This document shows, one piece after another, positions 1 through 13,292 of a DNA stretch of 64,000 bases; within the stretch, counting starts at the first letter, position 1, and every line of letters starts with the position of its first letter. The position numbers and the translations under genes are program-made. The notes beneath the pieces were generated by a model, which had not been told where the DNA came from, made no database searches, and was given only the letters and a program-made list of their open reading frames with translations. The DNA is taken from positions 79,112,001 through 79,176,000 of the forward strand of contig NC_043004.1 of NCBI RefSeq assembly GCF_006345805.1. The letters are read 5' to 3'. This DNA comes from Octopus sinensis (taxonomy: Eukaryota).

Positions 1-103
1 CTGACAAAGTTCCTGATCTCAGATCAAGTCACTTGCTATGCAAGTGCATCTCCGTAATAATGTGTATGTATGTATGATATATATATATATATATTATATA
101 TAT

Positions 104-162
<59 letters not shown>

Positions 163-260
163 CATACATGCATACATACATGCATACATGCATACATACT
201 ACATACATATATATATAGAGAGAGAGAGATATATACATATATATATATATGTATGTATGT
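1..260. repeat. Copy 1 of a ~250-bp direct duplication (copy 2 at 949-1220)
   Basis: ctgacaaag(t)tcctgatctcagatcaagtcacttgcta(t)gcaagtgcatctccgtaata plus the same series of microsatellite blocks starts at both 1 and 949. Confidence 0.85.
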
Positions 261-948
261 ATGCATGTTTGTGTGTTTGTGTGTTTGATGTGTGTGTGTG
301 TGGTGTGTGTGTGTGTGTGTGTGGTGTGTGTGTGTGTGTGTGTGGTGTGTTGTTGCCGCGTGTGTGAACGCGCGTGCGTAAAACGAAGTTGCATTCTTAG
401 AAAGTGCTAGCCATTCCGCTATTTTTCTTCCTGAGCATGATAATGATATGTGAGTGTTTAAGTATATTCCTTGCTTTTAAAATCCTGCCGCCGCTGATAT
501 CAATTAAAAGGTGCATTTCTGGTCATTAAATTTTTTTTTTCTAATTTTTCTAATCCGAAAATTACAATATTTCACGACTGCAAATACATACGAAAATTAT
601 ATTGCAATTAGCAATGCGTATAAGATTGGTTGATTTAATTGTCGTCGACATCTGAGATTTCCAGAAACCACTTATGTTTGCTTTGTTTTGTAACGTTTTC
701 CATAAATAACTTAAGCTTAACGCTTGTATATTTGATATGCTTTCGTTGTGTAAAGCAAGATACGCAGCTATTTTTTCATATTCATTCCTTATATATAATC
801 CTCATAAGATATATATGTGTAAACAATAGCAGCGTGGAAGGTGTTTGTTGTAAGCCATTTAAGAAACATAAAAACCGTTCGATACACTTCAACATTCAAA
901 TTTAATTTGTCAACATATTTTCGTCGCTTAGAAAACGCGACCTGTTCA

Positions 949-1019
949 CTGACAAAGTCCTGATCTCAGATCAAGTCACTTGCTAGCAAGTGCATCTCCG
1001 TAATATATGTGTATGTATG

Positions 1020-1078
<59 letters not shown>

Positions 1079-1220
1079 TTATATATATATATATATATAC
1101 ACATACATACACTGCATACATACATGCATACATGCATACATACATACATACATATATATATAGAGAGAGAGAGATATATACATATATATATATATGTATG
1201 TTGTATGTATGTATGTATGT
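949..1220. repeat. Copy 2 of the direct duplication
   Basis: Near-identical to 1-260, differing mainly by 1-bp indels and microsatellite length. Confidence 0.85.
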
Positions 1221-1221
1221 G

Positions 1222-1409
1222 ACCGAGTGAGTACCGTTGGCGATTTTTTTCCTCCGTCTTCCCTTCCTTGGATCTTTCCTTCTCCTATGTTTCTGACGAA
1301 TAGCTCCGCTCGAAACGTTAAATCCTCCTTCTTTCTTTCCTTTCCTGAACGTCCAATAACTCTATACTTGTGTCCACGTCCTCGCGTTGTTGTGTTTTCA
1401 TGTTTGGAT

Positions 1410-1415
<6 letters not shown>
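1222..1415 (+). mobile_element. Penelope-like pLTR/3' terminal fragment containing a hammerhead motif
   Basis: Contains ttt-CTGACGA-a-tagc-tcc-gctc-GAAAC-GTT-aaa; ends in (taac)n; no ORF. Confidence 0.5.
1290..1322 (+). ncRNA. Minimal type I hammerhead ribozyme motif (family H2)
   Basis: Core CUGACGA...GAAAC-GUU; short helix II (agc/gct); loopless palindromic helix III (AACGTT); helix I ttt/aaa. Confidence 0.5.
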
Positions 1416-1444
<29 letters not shown>

Positions 1445-1613
1445 TAATTGTATGTCTTAAGTGTTTACTATTAAGTGTATGTGATAAGTGTTTGTTATGA
1501 AGTACATATTATTAAGTACTTAATGAATATTTGAGTCCCAAGAAAGGGCAAAAATCAGCTTGGCTGCTTATTATTACTGAGGTACTTCATTTTTGCGCGT
1601 CGAGCGAATCTAA

Positions 1614-1667
<54 letters not shown>

Positions 1668-2434
1668 ATACATATATATATTATTTAAACTTTGGATATA
1701 TACCTAGTAGTATGCCGCTTAAAGCTCTTTCGCTGCCTATGGCTACCTGATGTCATCCACAGTTTTGATATAAGTGTCACTGGATCTACTCCAGGTATTC
1801 CGCAGTGTACGTTGAGTCTTTAACAAATGATGGAAACGGAACATGGAATTTACGGGAATATTTAATCTTCCCAACAATCGTTTCGACTCATCCTGAATCT
1901 GTTCCTTGCAGGTGAGAGACTATACAACTGGCTGTGTTGCATCCTTTGCTGCAGACATATCTCTTCAGGTGCCTTCTTAAAAAGATACCTCGTTCAATTT
2001 ACTTGGTTTCACTTTGTTCGATTATACAGCATGTTATTATTGCCAGTAGGTTGTTGGTTATTTTAGTCAAGAACTTACTGGCAGTAACATGAGTGTGTGG
2101 TCGTGTGTATGTGTGTGTCTGATTGTGTGTTAGGTACGCACACACACACACATACACTACATGGATGATTAGACAATATCTCAGCATTGTACCACAGGTG
2201 TAAAAATGTGTCGAAACAATTGTAGGGATTTTGAATAAAGAATGTCGTTCATTCCGTTTTCTATCCTTTATCTATTGATATAAATAAACTCTACGGATAC
2301 AATAGAACTTCTATTGTATATTTAGTAACGGAAGCATTTCTACTGCATGATGACATCAGGTAGCCAATAGCTGTGGACGGGCTTTGCATAGCATTCTACA
2401 AAGTCTTTTTACCCAAATCTTATTACCTAGATAA

Positions 2435-2500
<66 letters not shown>

Positions 2501-2578
2501 TCCCGAAATCCGTCGAAACTACACCTGATTATATATACACTTTAGATGAGTTGTAGTGCACCTGAGCACTGTACACAA

Positions 2579-2683
<105 letters not shown>

Positions 2684-3099
2684 TGTACATATGTTTATGT
2701 ATGTGTATCTATATATGTATGTCTGTCTTAGCTTCGTAAATCATGTCATATAAAAAAATTCATACGTTTTAGATTATACTTATCCACCATTGGAATCTAA
2801 AACGTTTTATGGATTCCGAACATTGTATTAGTAATTAAGGAAGTCTTCTAAGTAGCTTTTATAACTAATTAATATATCCTAAATAGGGATATTCCGCTTT
2901 TTTTTAAATTAAATATCGATTAAGATTTGATTTAATTAAGAAATTGACTTACTTAATAAATGGATTAACCCGTGATCCTACTTAATTGAATCCAATATCA
3001 TCTGAAATGAAGAATGTGTCAAGTAATTTGTTGCAAGACTGTAAGCTAACATCTGGTTTTGATAAAAGTACATCGATGAAAAACTATTAATAAGACATT

Positions 3100-3289
3100 C
3101 GTGGCTGTGTGGTAAGTAGCTAGCTTATCAACCCCATGGTTCCGAGTTCACTCCCACTGCGTGTCACTTTGGGTAAGTGTTTTCTACTATAGCCTCGGGT
3201 CGACCAAATCCTTGTGAGTGGATTTGGTAGATGGAAACTGAAAGAAGCCCGTCGTATATATATATATATACACACACATATATACATAC

Positions 3290-3332
<43 letters not shown>

Positions 3333-3590
3333 TGTATGTGTGTGTGTGTATATATGTGTGTGTGTATGTTTGTGTGTCTGTGTTTGTCCCCCAATATCGC
3401 TTGACAACCGATGATGGTGTGTTTACGTCCCCGTCACTTAGCGGTTCTGCATAACAGACCGATAGAATAAGTAATAGGCTTACAAAGAATAGGTCCTGGG
3501 GTCGATTTGCTCGACTAAAGGCGGTGCTTCAGCATGGCCGCAGTCAAATGATTGCAACAAGTAAAAAAAAGAAAAAAAAGTAAAAGAGTG
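3100..3590 (+). mobile_element. tRNA-derived SINE family B (head + internal microsatellite + tail)
   Basis: A-box-like gtggctgtgtggtaag, B-box-like ggttccgagttcac, then ...gatttggtagatggaaactgaaagaagcccgtcg-(TA/TG)n-...cgcttgacaaccga...ggcggtgcttcagcatggccgcagtcaaatga; more than 10 copies in the window. Confidence 0.85.
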
Positions 3591-3592
3591 TG

Positions 3593-3892
3593 AAAGCGCG
3601 TGGCTTTGTGGTTAGGGTATTTAGCTGACGATCGTAGGGTCGTTCGTTCGGTTCCTGACTGCGTTGAGTCGTTGAACACGACACTTTATTTTTCGTTCCA
3701 GTTCACTCAGCCAGAAAAAAAATGAGACGTACCTGTAATTCACACCCTCTGCCTTGCTGAATCTCCCTGAGAACTTCTTTAAGGGTGCACCTGTCTGTGG
3801 AGTGCTCAACCACTGGCACATTAATTTCATGAAGCGGCTGTTCCGTTGATCGGATCAACTAAAACCCTACTCGTCATAACTGACGGAGGGCG
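3593..3892 (+). mobile_element. tRNA-derived SINE with RTE-like tail (family C/D)
   Basis: Head gcgcgtggctttgtggttaggg resembles 19015 and 34595; tail gctgttccgttgatcggatcaact...gacggag shared with 24268-24632. Confidence 0.6.
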
Positions 3893-4028
3893 AGCATTTT
3901 CCCTTTAGTTAACAGCAGAAAAAAGAAATGAATTTTTATTGAAATTTGTCAGGAAAAGGACATTTTAAGAACTAAACTGTTTTAAAATCTACACCGCTGG
4001 CTGCCATAAATTGTTTACTGCATCCGCC

Positions 4029-4141
4029 TGGTACATATTTTATCGACCCCGAAAGAATGAAAGGCAAAATCGACCGAGGGGAAATTTGAACTCAGAACAT
4101 AAGGCTGCAAGAAATACCGTTAAACTTTTTTGTCCGGCGCG
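4029..4141 (-). mobile_element. SINE family A, partial
   Basis: Reverse complement of the ttctgagttcaaatt...ctttcattctttcggggtcgataaa core. Confidence 0.7.
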
Positions 4142-4230
4142 TGCCCTGTAATATATGAAAATCTATCAATTAAACAGAAAAATTAAACCTTCTCTCTATA
4201 TATTTAATTAGTAAAAATTTGAAAGACGTA

Positions 4231-4804
4231 GAGCTGGCAGAACCGTTAGCACGCCGGGCGAAATGCTTAGCCGTATTTCGTCTGCCTTTACGTTCTGAGT
4301 TCAAATTCCGTCGAGGTCGACTTTGCCTTTCATCCTTTCGGGGTCGATAAATTAAGTACCAGTTACGCAATGGGGTCGATGTAATCGACTTAATCCGTTT
4401 GTCTGTCCTTGTTTATCCTCTCTGTATTTAGCCCCTTGTGGGTAGTAAAGAAATAGGTATTTCATCTGCCGCTACGTTCTGAGTTCAAATTCCGCCGAGG
4501 TCGACTTTGCCTTTCATTCTTTCGGGGGCGATTAAATAAGTACCAGCTATGCACTGAGGTCGATATAATCGACTTAATCCGTTTGTCTGTCCTTGTTTGT
4601 TCTTTCTGTGTTTAGTCCCTTGTGAGTAGTAAAGAAATAGGTATTTTGTCTGCCGCAACGTTCTGAGTTCAAATTCCGCCGAGGCCTACTTTGCCTTTCA
4701 TCCTTTTGGGATTGATAAATTAAGTACCATTTGAACACTGGGGTCGCTGTAGTCGACTTACCCCGCCCACCGAACTTGCTGGCCTTGTACCAAAATTTGA
4801 AACC
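4231..4804 (+). mobile_element. tRNA-derived SINE family A with three tandem internal units
   Basis: Head gagctggcagaaccgttagc, B-box gagttcaaattcc; the ~185-bp unit (tttcgtctg...aaagaaataggta) occurs three times, the last one partial. Confidence 0.85.
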
Positions 4805-5265
4805 GTTACATCCCAGCACCGTGAGTAAATTTGGTAGATGCAAACTGTGTCGAAGCCTGTCATGTATTTATGTGCATCTGTATGTGTGTGTGTGTGTGTG
4901 TGTGTAGGAGGTGGTGGTAGTGTGTGTATTTGTGTTTCACAACCGATATTGATTTGTATATGTAATGTAGTAAAGTAGATCAGCAAAAAGGGTCGATAAA
5001 ATAAGTACCTAAGATTAAAGAATGAATTCTGGCGTCGATCCATTCTGCGAACCCTTTCGAGGCGGTACCCCAGCATGGCCGACTAGAATAAACAAAACAA
5101 ATATAATATATATATATATATATATTATTTTATAGAAGGAGTGGTTAACCCGACTCAACCGGGACCTACATATATATATATATTATATATATATATATAA
5201 TAAATGGCGGTGCCCCAGCATGGCCCCAGCTCGTGAGCTGAAACTAGAATCAATCAATCAATCAA

Positions 5266-5591
5266 TCTTCTTTATATATAAAAGGCAGGTTGTCTGTCTG
5301 TGTGTCTGTTTTCTCGTACCCTCACTCTGACCACGGCTTTCAACCGATTCTGATGAAACTTGACACACACATAGCCCAATGTCATAATTCAAAACTAACG
5401 CAGCGAAAATGTTGAAAAGTTCCCCCAGTTCTGAAAAAAATCGATAAATTCCGCCACTTCGAGCAGTCAACGAGGCAAAACATGAACAGACAACGTAACC
5501 TTGGCATACTTCTGCTAATCGCGGCTGCAGCCGCAAGTCGTTGCCTATTAGAGGTTCTTACATACCCGGGCAACGCTGGGCTATGCTGCTA

Positions 5592-5592
<1 letters not shown>
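5266..5592 (+). mobile_element. Non-autonomous Helitron/Helentron-type (HINE/DINE-like) element
   Basis: 5' TC-ttctttatatataaaa...(gtct)n; 3' hairpin cccgggcaacgctggg followed by CTAG and then T. Confidence 0.7.
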
Positions 5593-5631
<39 letters not shown>

Positions 5632-5686
5632 TGTGTGTGTGCTTGTGTATATATGTGTATATATATATATGTAGATATATATATAT

Positions 5687-5739
<53 letters not shown>

Positions 5740-5867
5740 CGAATATACATATATATTATATATATATATATATTATATATATATACATATATACATATAT
5801 ATATATATTAACATATATACATATATATATATATATACATATAATATAATATATATATATATATGTG

Positions 5868-6066
5868 CTAAGTGGCTGTGTGGTAAGTAGCTTGCTTACG
5901 AACCTCATGGTTCCAGGTTCAGTCCTACGGCGTGGCACCTTGGGCAATTATCTTCTACTATTGCGTCGGGCCGACCAAAATCCCTTTCAATGGATTTGGT
6001 AGACGGAGACTGAAAGAAGTCCGTCGTATATACATATATATATATATACATATATATATAAGTACC

Positions 6067-6112
<46 letters not shown>

Positions 6113-6333
6113 ATATATATATGCGTGTATGTGTGTGTGTTTCTTTGTCTGTGGTTTGTTCCTCCACCATCACTTGACAACCGATGTTGGTGTGTTTATC
6201 TTACCGTTACCTAGCTGTTCGGCAAAAGATATCGATAGAATAAGTACAAAGAATAATCCTGGGGTCGATTTGTTCGACTAAAGGTGGTGCTCCAGCATGA
6301 CCACAGTCAAATGACTGAAACAAGTAAAAGAAT
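5868..6333 (+). mobile_element. SINE family B, full length
   Basis: Same head, internal (TA)n and tail as 3100-3590. Confidence 0.85.
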
Positions 6334-6336
6334 ACA

Positions 6337-6367
<31 letters not shown>

Positions 6368-7539
6368 AAACGCACACACGTATGTACGAATGCATGAATT
6401 GGCTTAGTATAACTGCGTCCAAATTGCAAGGGAACTAACTCGTATTTGTTTTAAGAGTTACTTCCCTGTATGAATTTTCCTTTTTCTGACTTCGCATATG
6501 AGATAAAAAGAGGGGTGGGGAAATAGAGAAAGGGAGTAAGAGAAATGGAGAGAGACAGGGAGAGAGCGAGAGAGAGAGAAAGAGGGAGAGAGAGTATTTT
6601 GCTAAGAAACCTCTATCCCAGAAATTATTTAGTGTTTATGTGTGTCGCTGTTGCACACAAACAGCAGTCGTGAATTACTCTATACAAACGGAATTCTAAT
6701 AACATTGTGTATTTAGGTGTGGTATTCCTACCACTCACACCAGCACCTGTAATAATTTTATGCTTAAATACCAGTCATTAATCGAGTGACAATTATTATT
6801 AAGCGTTGGACAAACTGCTTAACGACATTTCTTCCGTTCTGAATTCAAATCACGCCGGCAAAATCCTTTTTTTCCTACAAAAGTTTTGGACCCCAGTTAT
6901 GAATTCATTTGTATGCAGCCAGTCAGAGCTCAACTATCAAACTAGTGTCCACTTAGTCACGAAAATACTCTAGTTCAGTTCAGTGGAAAATGTGCGTTAT
7001 AACAAAATCCAACTTGTTCTAAACGGGTTAATAGGGGTGACAAATGTGAAATTTAGCGTATAAAGGGAATGGAGAGCTGCCCACCAATGATGCCATAAGT
7101 GTTGACAATTTGATAATTTACTAGAAAATGTAAATGAGTGTAGTTTCCTAATTTTTTGACTGATTTTGTACATTCGTAATTCAAAATGTTGGTGTTGATC
7201 TGGAAATATCGTAATGAATATGGCGTCGTGTCGTATTGCACCCTCCTTACATATATCAGTGAGTACATGCAGTATCACTAATCTCAGTCTGAGCATAGGT
7301 ACCTAATGTTAGCGCTCTATAGAGATGGTGCTCAATTGATCTATGAGGATGGTGGAGGAGGAATGTGGTGTTTAGGTGAGACCTGCTATGCTGTACTCAC
7401 AGAGTGGCATACACCATTCTCTGTCAGACTGGCTGTACTGTAGTAATATACATTATTTGGGTTTTCAAGGTGAGCTCTGGTTGTATGCAAATGAGTTCAT
7501 TACTGGGGTCCGGAACTCTCGTGAGGAAAAAATTCCCCT

Positions 7540-7657
7540 CCGGCTGCGATTGACTTCGCTTTTCATCATTTTGTTGTCGATAAAAATAAGTACCAGCTAT
7601 GAACTGGGGTCTATGCAATCGACTAAATACAATTGCTGGCCTTGTACCATAATTTGA

Positions 7658-7714
<57 letters not shown>

Positions 7715-7897
7715 GTTAATTTTGTTTTTATTATCTAGGTAGTGAGCTGGCAGAATCGTTAGCACATTGGGTGAAATGCTAAGCGATATTTCGTCTGTCG
7801 TTACGCTCAGAGTTCAAATTCCGCCGAGGTCGACTTTACCTTTCATCCTTTCGGGATCGGTTAAATAAGTACCAGTTACGCACTGGAGTCGATGTAA
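7540..7897 (+). mobile_element. Two SINE family A copies separated by (TTA)n
   Basis: Core gtcgataaaaataagtaccag at ~7575; head gagctggcagaatcgttagc at 7744. Confidence 0.75.
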
Positions 7898-7981
7898 ACC
7901 TGGCTCATAAAAGCCGTACCTAACGACAGTGATTTGGCTTGCAAGATTCTTTATGTGAGTTCATGTGTTGAAGCATATTCA

Positions 7982-8169
7982 GTTGTGTCTGGAGAGAGTC
8001 ATTCTCTTTTGGTGTCTTATAATTTAACACACTCACCGGTAAAGTTTCCATTCATTTCCTTCTTTATTTTTCTAAAATTTTCGTTGCGTTTTGCAACCTT
8101 TTCAAAGTTTACTGGTGAGTGTGTTAAAGTATAAGGCACTAAAAGAGAATGACTCTTCCCAGACACAAC
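7982..8169. mobile_element. MITE with 62-bp terminal inverted repeats
   Basis: gttgtgtctggagagagtcattctcttttggtgtcttataatttaacacactcaccggtaaa (7982-8043) pairs with 8108-8169; a partial TIR copy lies near 26990. Confidence 0.8.
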
Positions 8170-8339
8170 AAAGGAATAATTGCAAAGTATCTAATGAAGA
8201 TTTGGGGGGTGAATCGACTAAATAAAATAAAAAATCCATGCATATTATAGCGGTAGCACATAACTTATTAGTTTACAGAGGAGAATATTATAGCATCAGT
8301 CAGTCTGTTAAAATGTTCTTTTGAACACAGTCGAGGATG

Positions 8340-8441
<102 letters not shown>

Positions 8442-9114
8442 CAGTAGCACCACTCCAAATTTAACAAAAGTACGTCAACCCATGAACTTTTGAAAAAGAG
8501 TTGTTGCGTAATGTGAAATCATTGGTGTACTCGGCCTTAGAGTTATATCTCAGATTACACTGCTTCTTCCGTCTTCGAACGACTATGCAATACATAATAT
8601 TATGATTATAACAAAATTTCACCGATGCCTGTTCATGGAGAGGAAATAAATGAAATATACACCGGTTTGTCTAAGGTCTCTGGGGTATTCTCTTTAGCTG
8701 CCAATTCTCCTTAGACTTCAACTACTCGAGCTTGTTAAAAAAAAAACCCTGGTTTTTATAACGTTTGCAAAGACAAGAAATGTTACGCTTTTGGTGAAGC
8801 CCTCCGTTTCTTGTTGATATGAAGTAACTCTGACTTCTAAAATCTTCACCGGAAGCCCTCTACATGGGCTCACCTGTATGTAGGTTTCAATAGCTAGGAA
8901 CGATGATTTGGGTGGGAGGTGAGCTGTAAACTGGAGAATAATGTTCTTTAAGTGTGGTACCCCCACTAATAAGCTCTTAACAAAAATGTGGGTTACTTAA
9001 TAACACTGAAGGAAGCAGCCCAATCTTTCTAGAAAAAAATCATCGGAGCGCATCTTAACGAGTTAGCCCGACACATTTTGAACACATCTGATTTGGGGAG
9101 ATTTTAGATTTAAA

Positions 9115-9560
9115 ACAAGATGTGGTTTAGGAGCTCGCTTTGCAGTGACGTGGTCTCGGGTTCAGTTCCGCGGCGGGAACCTTGGTCAAGTGTCTTCTGC
9201 TATAGCCGCGAGCTGATCAATGTTTTGTGGGTGGGTTTGGTTGGTAGAAAGGAATTACGTGGAAGTCCGTCATGTGAATATCTGTGGGTACGCGTGTATG
9301 TGCGTGAGTGTATGTACTTTTTTGTTTCCCCCCCCCTACACACACACACACACACACACACATAAACATACACACTCACGTCGCTTGACAAATAGTGTTA
9401 GCTTGTTTCTGTCCCCGTAACTTAGTGGTTTAACAAAGGCGTTCGATAGAATAAATACCTTAGTTACAAAAAAGAAATTGGGGGTCCAGTTTTCGACTAA
9501 ACCCTTCAAGGCGGTGTCCAGGCATGGCTGCAGTCCAATGACTCATAACACGTAAAAGCA
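9115..9560 (+). mobile_element. SINE family B, diverged
   Basis: Recognisable head, internal (CA)n and tail motifs. Confidence 0.7.
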
Positions 9561-9721
9561 AAGTCGAACTAACCAAAATTTGAACTCGGCACGTACAGAC
9601 GGACGAAAAGTTTCAAAGCGTTTTGTCCGGCATGCTAACAATTCTACCAGCTCACCGCCCTTGCTGTCCCCAATAAAACATTTGGTGGAGGTGGGGAGAC
9701 TTGCTCTGCCCTCATGTCAAT

Positions 9722-9960
9722 ATGTCCGAAAAACTGGAATTGACATGAGGGAAGAGCAGGCCCCAAAACTGTTCTATTGGAGACAGCTAGGGTTTTGAGA
9801 TTGGTGCTTGGGTGTTGAGTGCCAGCCACCCAAGTTAACATCCAAGTACCAAAGCTTATGTTTTGCGGAAAGAGACCCTGTGACACCTCTGGCAACAGAC
9901 TACTGCCCGCTCTCACAGAATCAACCAGAGCAAGTAACACCGAGAGCTCAGAGAAGTAAA
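9722..9960 (+). mobile_element. R4/Dong-like non-LTR retrotransposon, 3' fragment
   Basis: Translates YVRKTGIDMREEQAPKTVLLETARVLRLVLGC*, matching the C-terminal QKxALLGTAxILR motif of the 35386 ORF; 3' UTR ends in (AAT)n. Confidence 0.7.
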
Positions 9961-10021
9961 ATAATAATAACAATAATAATAATAATAATAATAATAATAT
10001 TGATAATAATAATAATAGTAG

Positions 10022-10200
10022 TAAGCATGGTTTCAGATTTTGGCACAAGGCCAGCAGTTTTAGAGGGAGATTTAATTCGATATCATCGATCCCAATGCTC
10101 GGTTGGTTCTATATTTTATCGATCCCGAAACGATAAAAGGCAACGTTTTCCTCAGCGAGATTTGAACTCCGAACGCAAAGAACAGAGGGAATAGCAGAGA
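10022..10200 (-). mobile_element. SINE family A, diverged
   Basis: tttggcacaaggccagc...atttgaactccgaacg is the reverse complement of the family A body. Confidence 0.65.
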
Positions 10201-10640
10201 ATATTTCCCATGACCTAACAATTCTACCCATTTAATACAACCAGTCCGCGTAATTTTATTGTTAAAAATGAACTTCCCAAGGTATAAAAACATTTGTTTC
10301 AACACGCGATTAGCTATCAAGACTGATCAGAACGAAAACAAAACATTCAAATGTTAAATTGCAAGTAGTAAGACAATGATGAGGAAACCAATATTAGTCA
10401 ATGGCCAATGTTACAATCAATGGGGATGTTTCTCTCTTATTACTGTTTCATTAGCAAATGAAAGACGTTGACGTCCCTCCTGAAGTGATGGTGAGAGAAT
10501 CACAAATTAAATGTACATGAATATAGGTTCGTTAGCTTAGAATATAATGGATTTAATGAGAGTTAAATCAGTGTTAATACATAATAGGGAACATATATCA
10601 TATCGTAAAACCAATAAGAACAGTATAGGGAACGTACAAT

Positions 10641-10672
10641 TCAACGTTTCGGATAAAGTCCTTCTTCAGGAG
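10641..10672 (-). ncRNA. Minimal type I hammerhead ribozyme motif (family H3)
   Basis: Minus strand reads ctc-CTGAAGA-a-gga-cttta-tcc-GAAAC-GTT-ga; helix II gga/tcc; palindromic AACGTT helix III. Confidence 0.55.
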
Positions 10673-11237
10673 TAAAGTTGTAAGACGAGAATTTAATCAT
10701 GCGTGTATGTGTATTTATGTATGCTGTGTACATATGTATGTATGCGTTTGCGTGCGTGTGTATATATATGTATGTATGTACGTATGTATGTATGTATATA
10801 TGTATGTATATGTATGTATATATGTTGTATATATTTATATATATTTATGTATATATATATATGTACATGTATGTATATTTACTTTTACATGCGTATATAT
10901 ATATATATATATATATATATGCCTGCATACATATGTATAAATATATACATTTATCTGGTTACATAAATCATATATATATATGTATATACATATATATATA
11001 CATACATACATATAATATATGTGTGTGTGTGTGTATGTATGTATGTATATGTATATGTATATGTATATAAATGTGTGTGTGGATACGAATATGTAGATAC
11101 GTATATGTAATTATAAACGCGCTTACACACGGGTTCTGTCTATTTTAATTCTGCTGACCCAGTCAAGTATTTTTATTTTTATTTTACTTTATTTATTAAT
11201 TACATAAGCTAGTTCTTATTTATTCCTTTGTTGTCGG

Positions 11238-11270
<33 letters not shown>

Positions 11271-11994
11271 TGTGTGTGTGTGCGTGTGTGTGTGTGTGCA
11301 TGCATGTGTATTTTTGTTTATGTTTGAAAATGATAGAAAAACATAAAGCTAACATCGCCCTTGTTCAAATATATAGGAGTCCTGTAGCGAAATAATTGTA
11401 ATGTAACCTACTTCGAAGGTGATACAATGTGCTTGAAAAGAATGGAAGGAAGAAAGAAAGAAAAAAAGGAAGGAAATGCTGAGTTTTCAACATAATTGCC
11501 ACTAGTCGTCGAGGTGGGTGGGTACATTCCAAAGTTTCCCTTCTATATGGAACCTGCTGAGATTGTATATATAGAAACGGATGTAATAACGAAATACCTG
11601 AAGGCACACTTAATCGTTTCATAGGCTTGGATGCTCGTAATCACTCACATGTGCATGAAAGGTCGAAAACTTTTGGGATTGGTTTGTGTGTATGACACTG
11701 GAATTATTTCCTTGAGATCCCTTCTGCGTGCGGAGTGTAATGTGAAGTGCGGGTAAATATTATTAGTGTAGTGAACGCGAAGAAGCTTCAATTTTCAGTC
11801 CATTGAAATTATACCATAACGAAAAGAAAAGTAAATTCTTGCCAAGAAATTTAAGGGAGGGAACTCGGAAATGTAAATTGATTAAAAATTAACTAAATGT
11901 GTGCAGTGGTTGAGGGAAGTATTCTTTGGTAACTGCTCTCTCACAACTCGGGACTTGTTTCATTATCATTAAACCTTCTCAGCAAAGTATCTTT

Positions 11995-12085
11995 TATCAT
12001 TTATCATTTACTTGTTACAGTCATTGGACTACGGCCATGCTGGGGTACTACTTTGAAGAGTTTGGTCGAACACATCGACCCCAAG

Positions 12086-12142
<57 letters not shown>

Positions 12143-12560
12143 AGTCTGATACTTATTCCATGGATCTCTTTTGCTGAACAGCAAAGTTACAGGAATGTAA
12201 TCAAACCAACACCGGTTATCAAGCATTGATAGTTTTGGTGGTAGGGACAAACACAAGCACAGAACCAAACATACACTCATATATGATTATATATATAGAT
12301 AGATATATATGGTTGTTTTGACTGCTACTTCTAGCATGTAAAGCTGCTTGTTAAGGGTCACCACTTTTGTGTTAACATGTACACTAATTTTATATATATA
12401 CGTGTGTGTGTGTGTGACGGGCTTCTTTTAGTTTCCGTCTACCAAATCAACTCGCAAGCTTTTAGTCGGTCCGTAGCTATAGCAGAAGATACTTGCCCAA
12501 GACGTCACGCGGTGGAACTGAACCAGCAACCATGAGTTTGGGAAGTAAACATCTTCACAC
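11995..12560 (-). mobile_element. SINE family B pieces (tail ~11995-12255, head ~12415-12560)
   Basis: Reverse complements of family B tail and head. Confidence 0.65.
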
Positions 12561-12777
12561 GCACACCCACACACATATACAGGGCCTCTATACGAGACCA
12601 CTTGGCCTACTAGACATGGCAGCTAAAATTCAGCCTATTGTCTAAAATAAGAAAAGACCTGTTGGATTATGTGACCTCGCTTTGCAAAAGGATGAAGCAG
12701 GGACAACTGGAAGGTTTTTCTTCGTGGTTATAATCATACACGAAGCTGAATAACAACCATATAGACATTGGTGCCGG

Positions 12778-13210
12778 CATGACTGTGCTGCAAGAAGTTC
12801 CTTTGCCAACCATATGGTTCCCACTGCATGGTATCTTTGCAAGTGTCTTCTACTTTTACTCCGGACCGACCGAAGCCTTGTGAGTGGATCTGGTAGATGG
12901 AAACTCTGTGTGCGTATGTGTGTGTGTGCGTGTGTGTGTGTGCGTGTGTTGTGTGCGTGTGTATCTGTGTGTGTGTATGTGTGTGCGTGTGTGTGTATGC
13001 GTGTGTGTATATTTGGGTGTGTGTATGTGTGTGTGTGTGTATGTATGTATGTGTGTGTGTGTGCGTGTGTGCGCGCTCGTCTGCTTTTGTCTCTCACCAC
13101 CACTTGACAACCGGTGCTTTAAAAAAAACTGGTTTCGATTCGTTCGACTAAAATTCTTCATGGTTCTTGTTCCAAGTTGGTTGCAGCCTAATGATTGACA
13201 CATGTAAAAG
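12778..13210 (+). mobile_element. SINE family B, diverged, with long internal (TG)n
   Basis: gccttgtgagtggatctggtagatggaaac...cttgacaaccggtg. Confidence 0.7.
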
Positions 13211-13254
13211 ATAATATATTCATAAAGAGAGAGAGAGAGAGAGGGAGAGAGAGA

Positions 13255-13292
<38 letters not shown>

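Noticed and set aside
7187-7258. Plus-strand first-exon candidate with a GTGAGT donor
   Set aside because: Short, with no partner exon or promoter evidence.
8718-8966. 82-aa ORF vaguely like a Helitron helicase C-terminus
   Set aside because: Diagnostic motifs are absent; similarity too weak to support.
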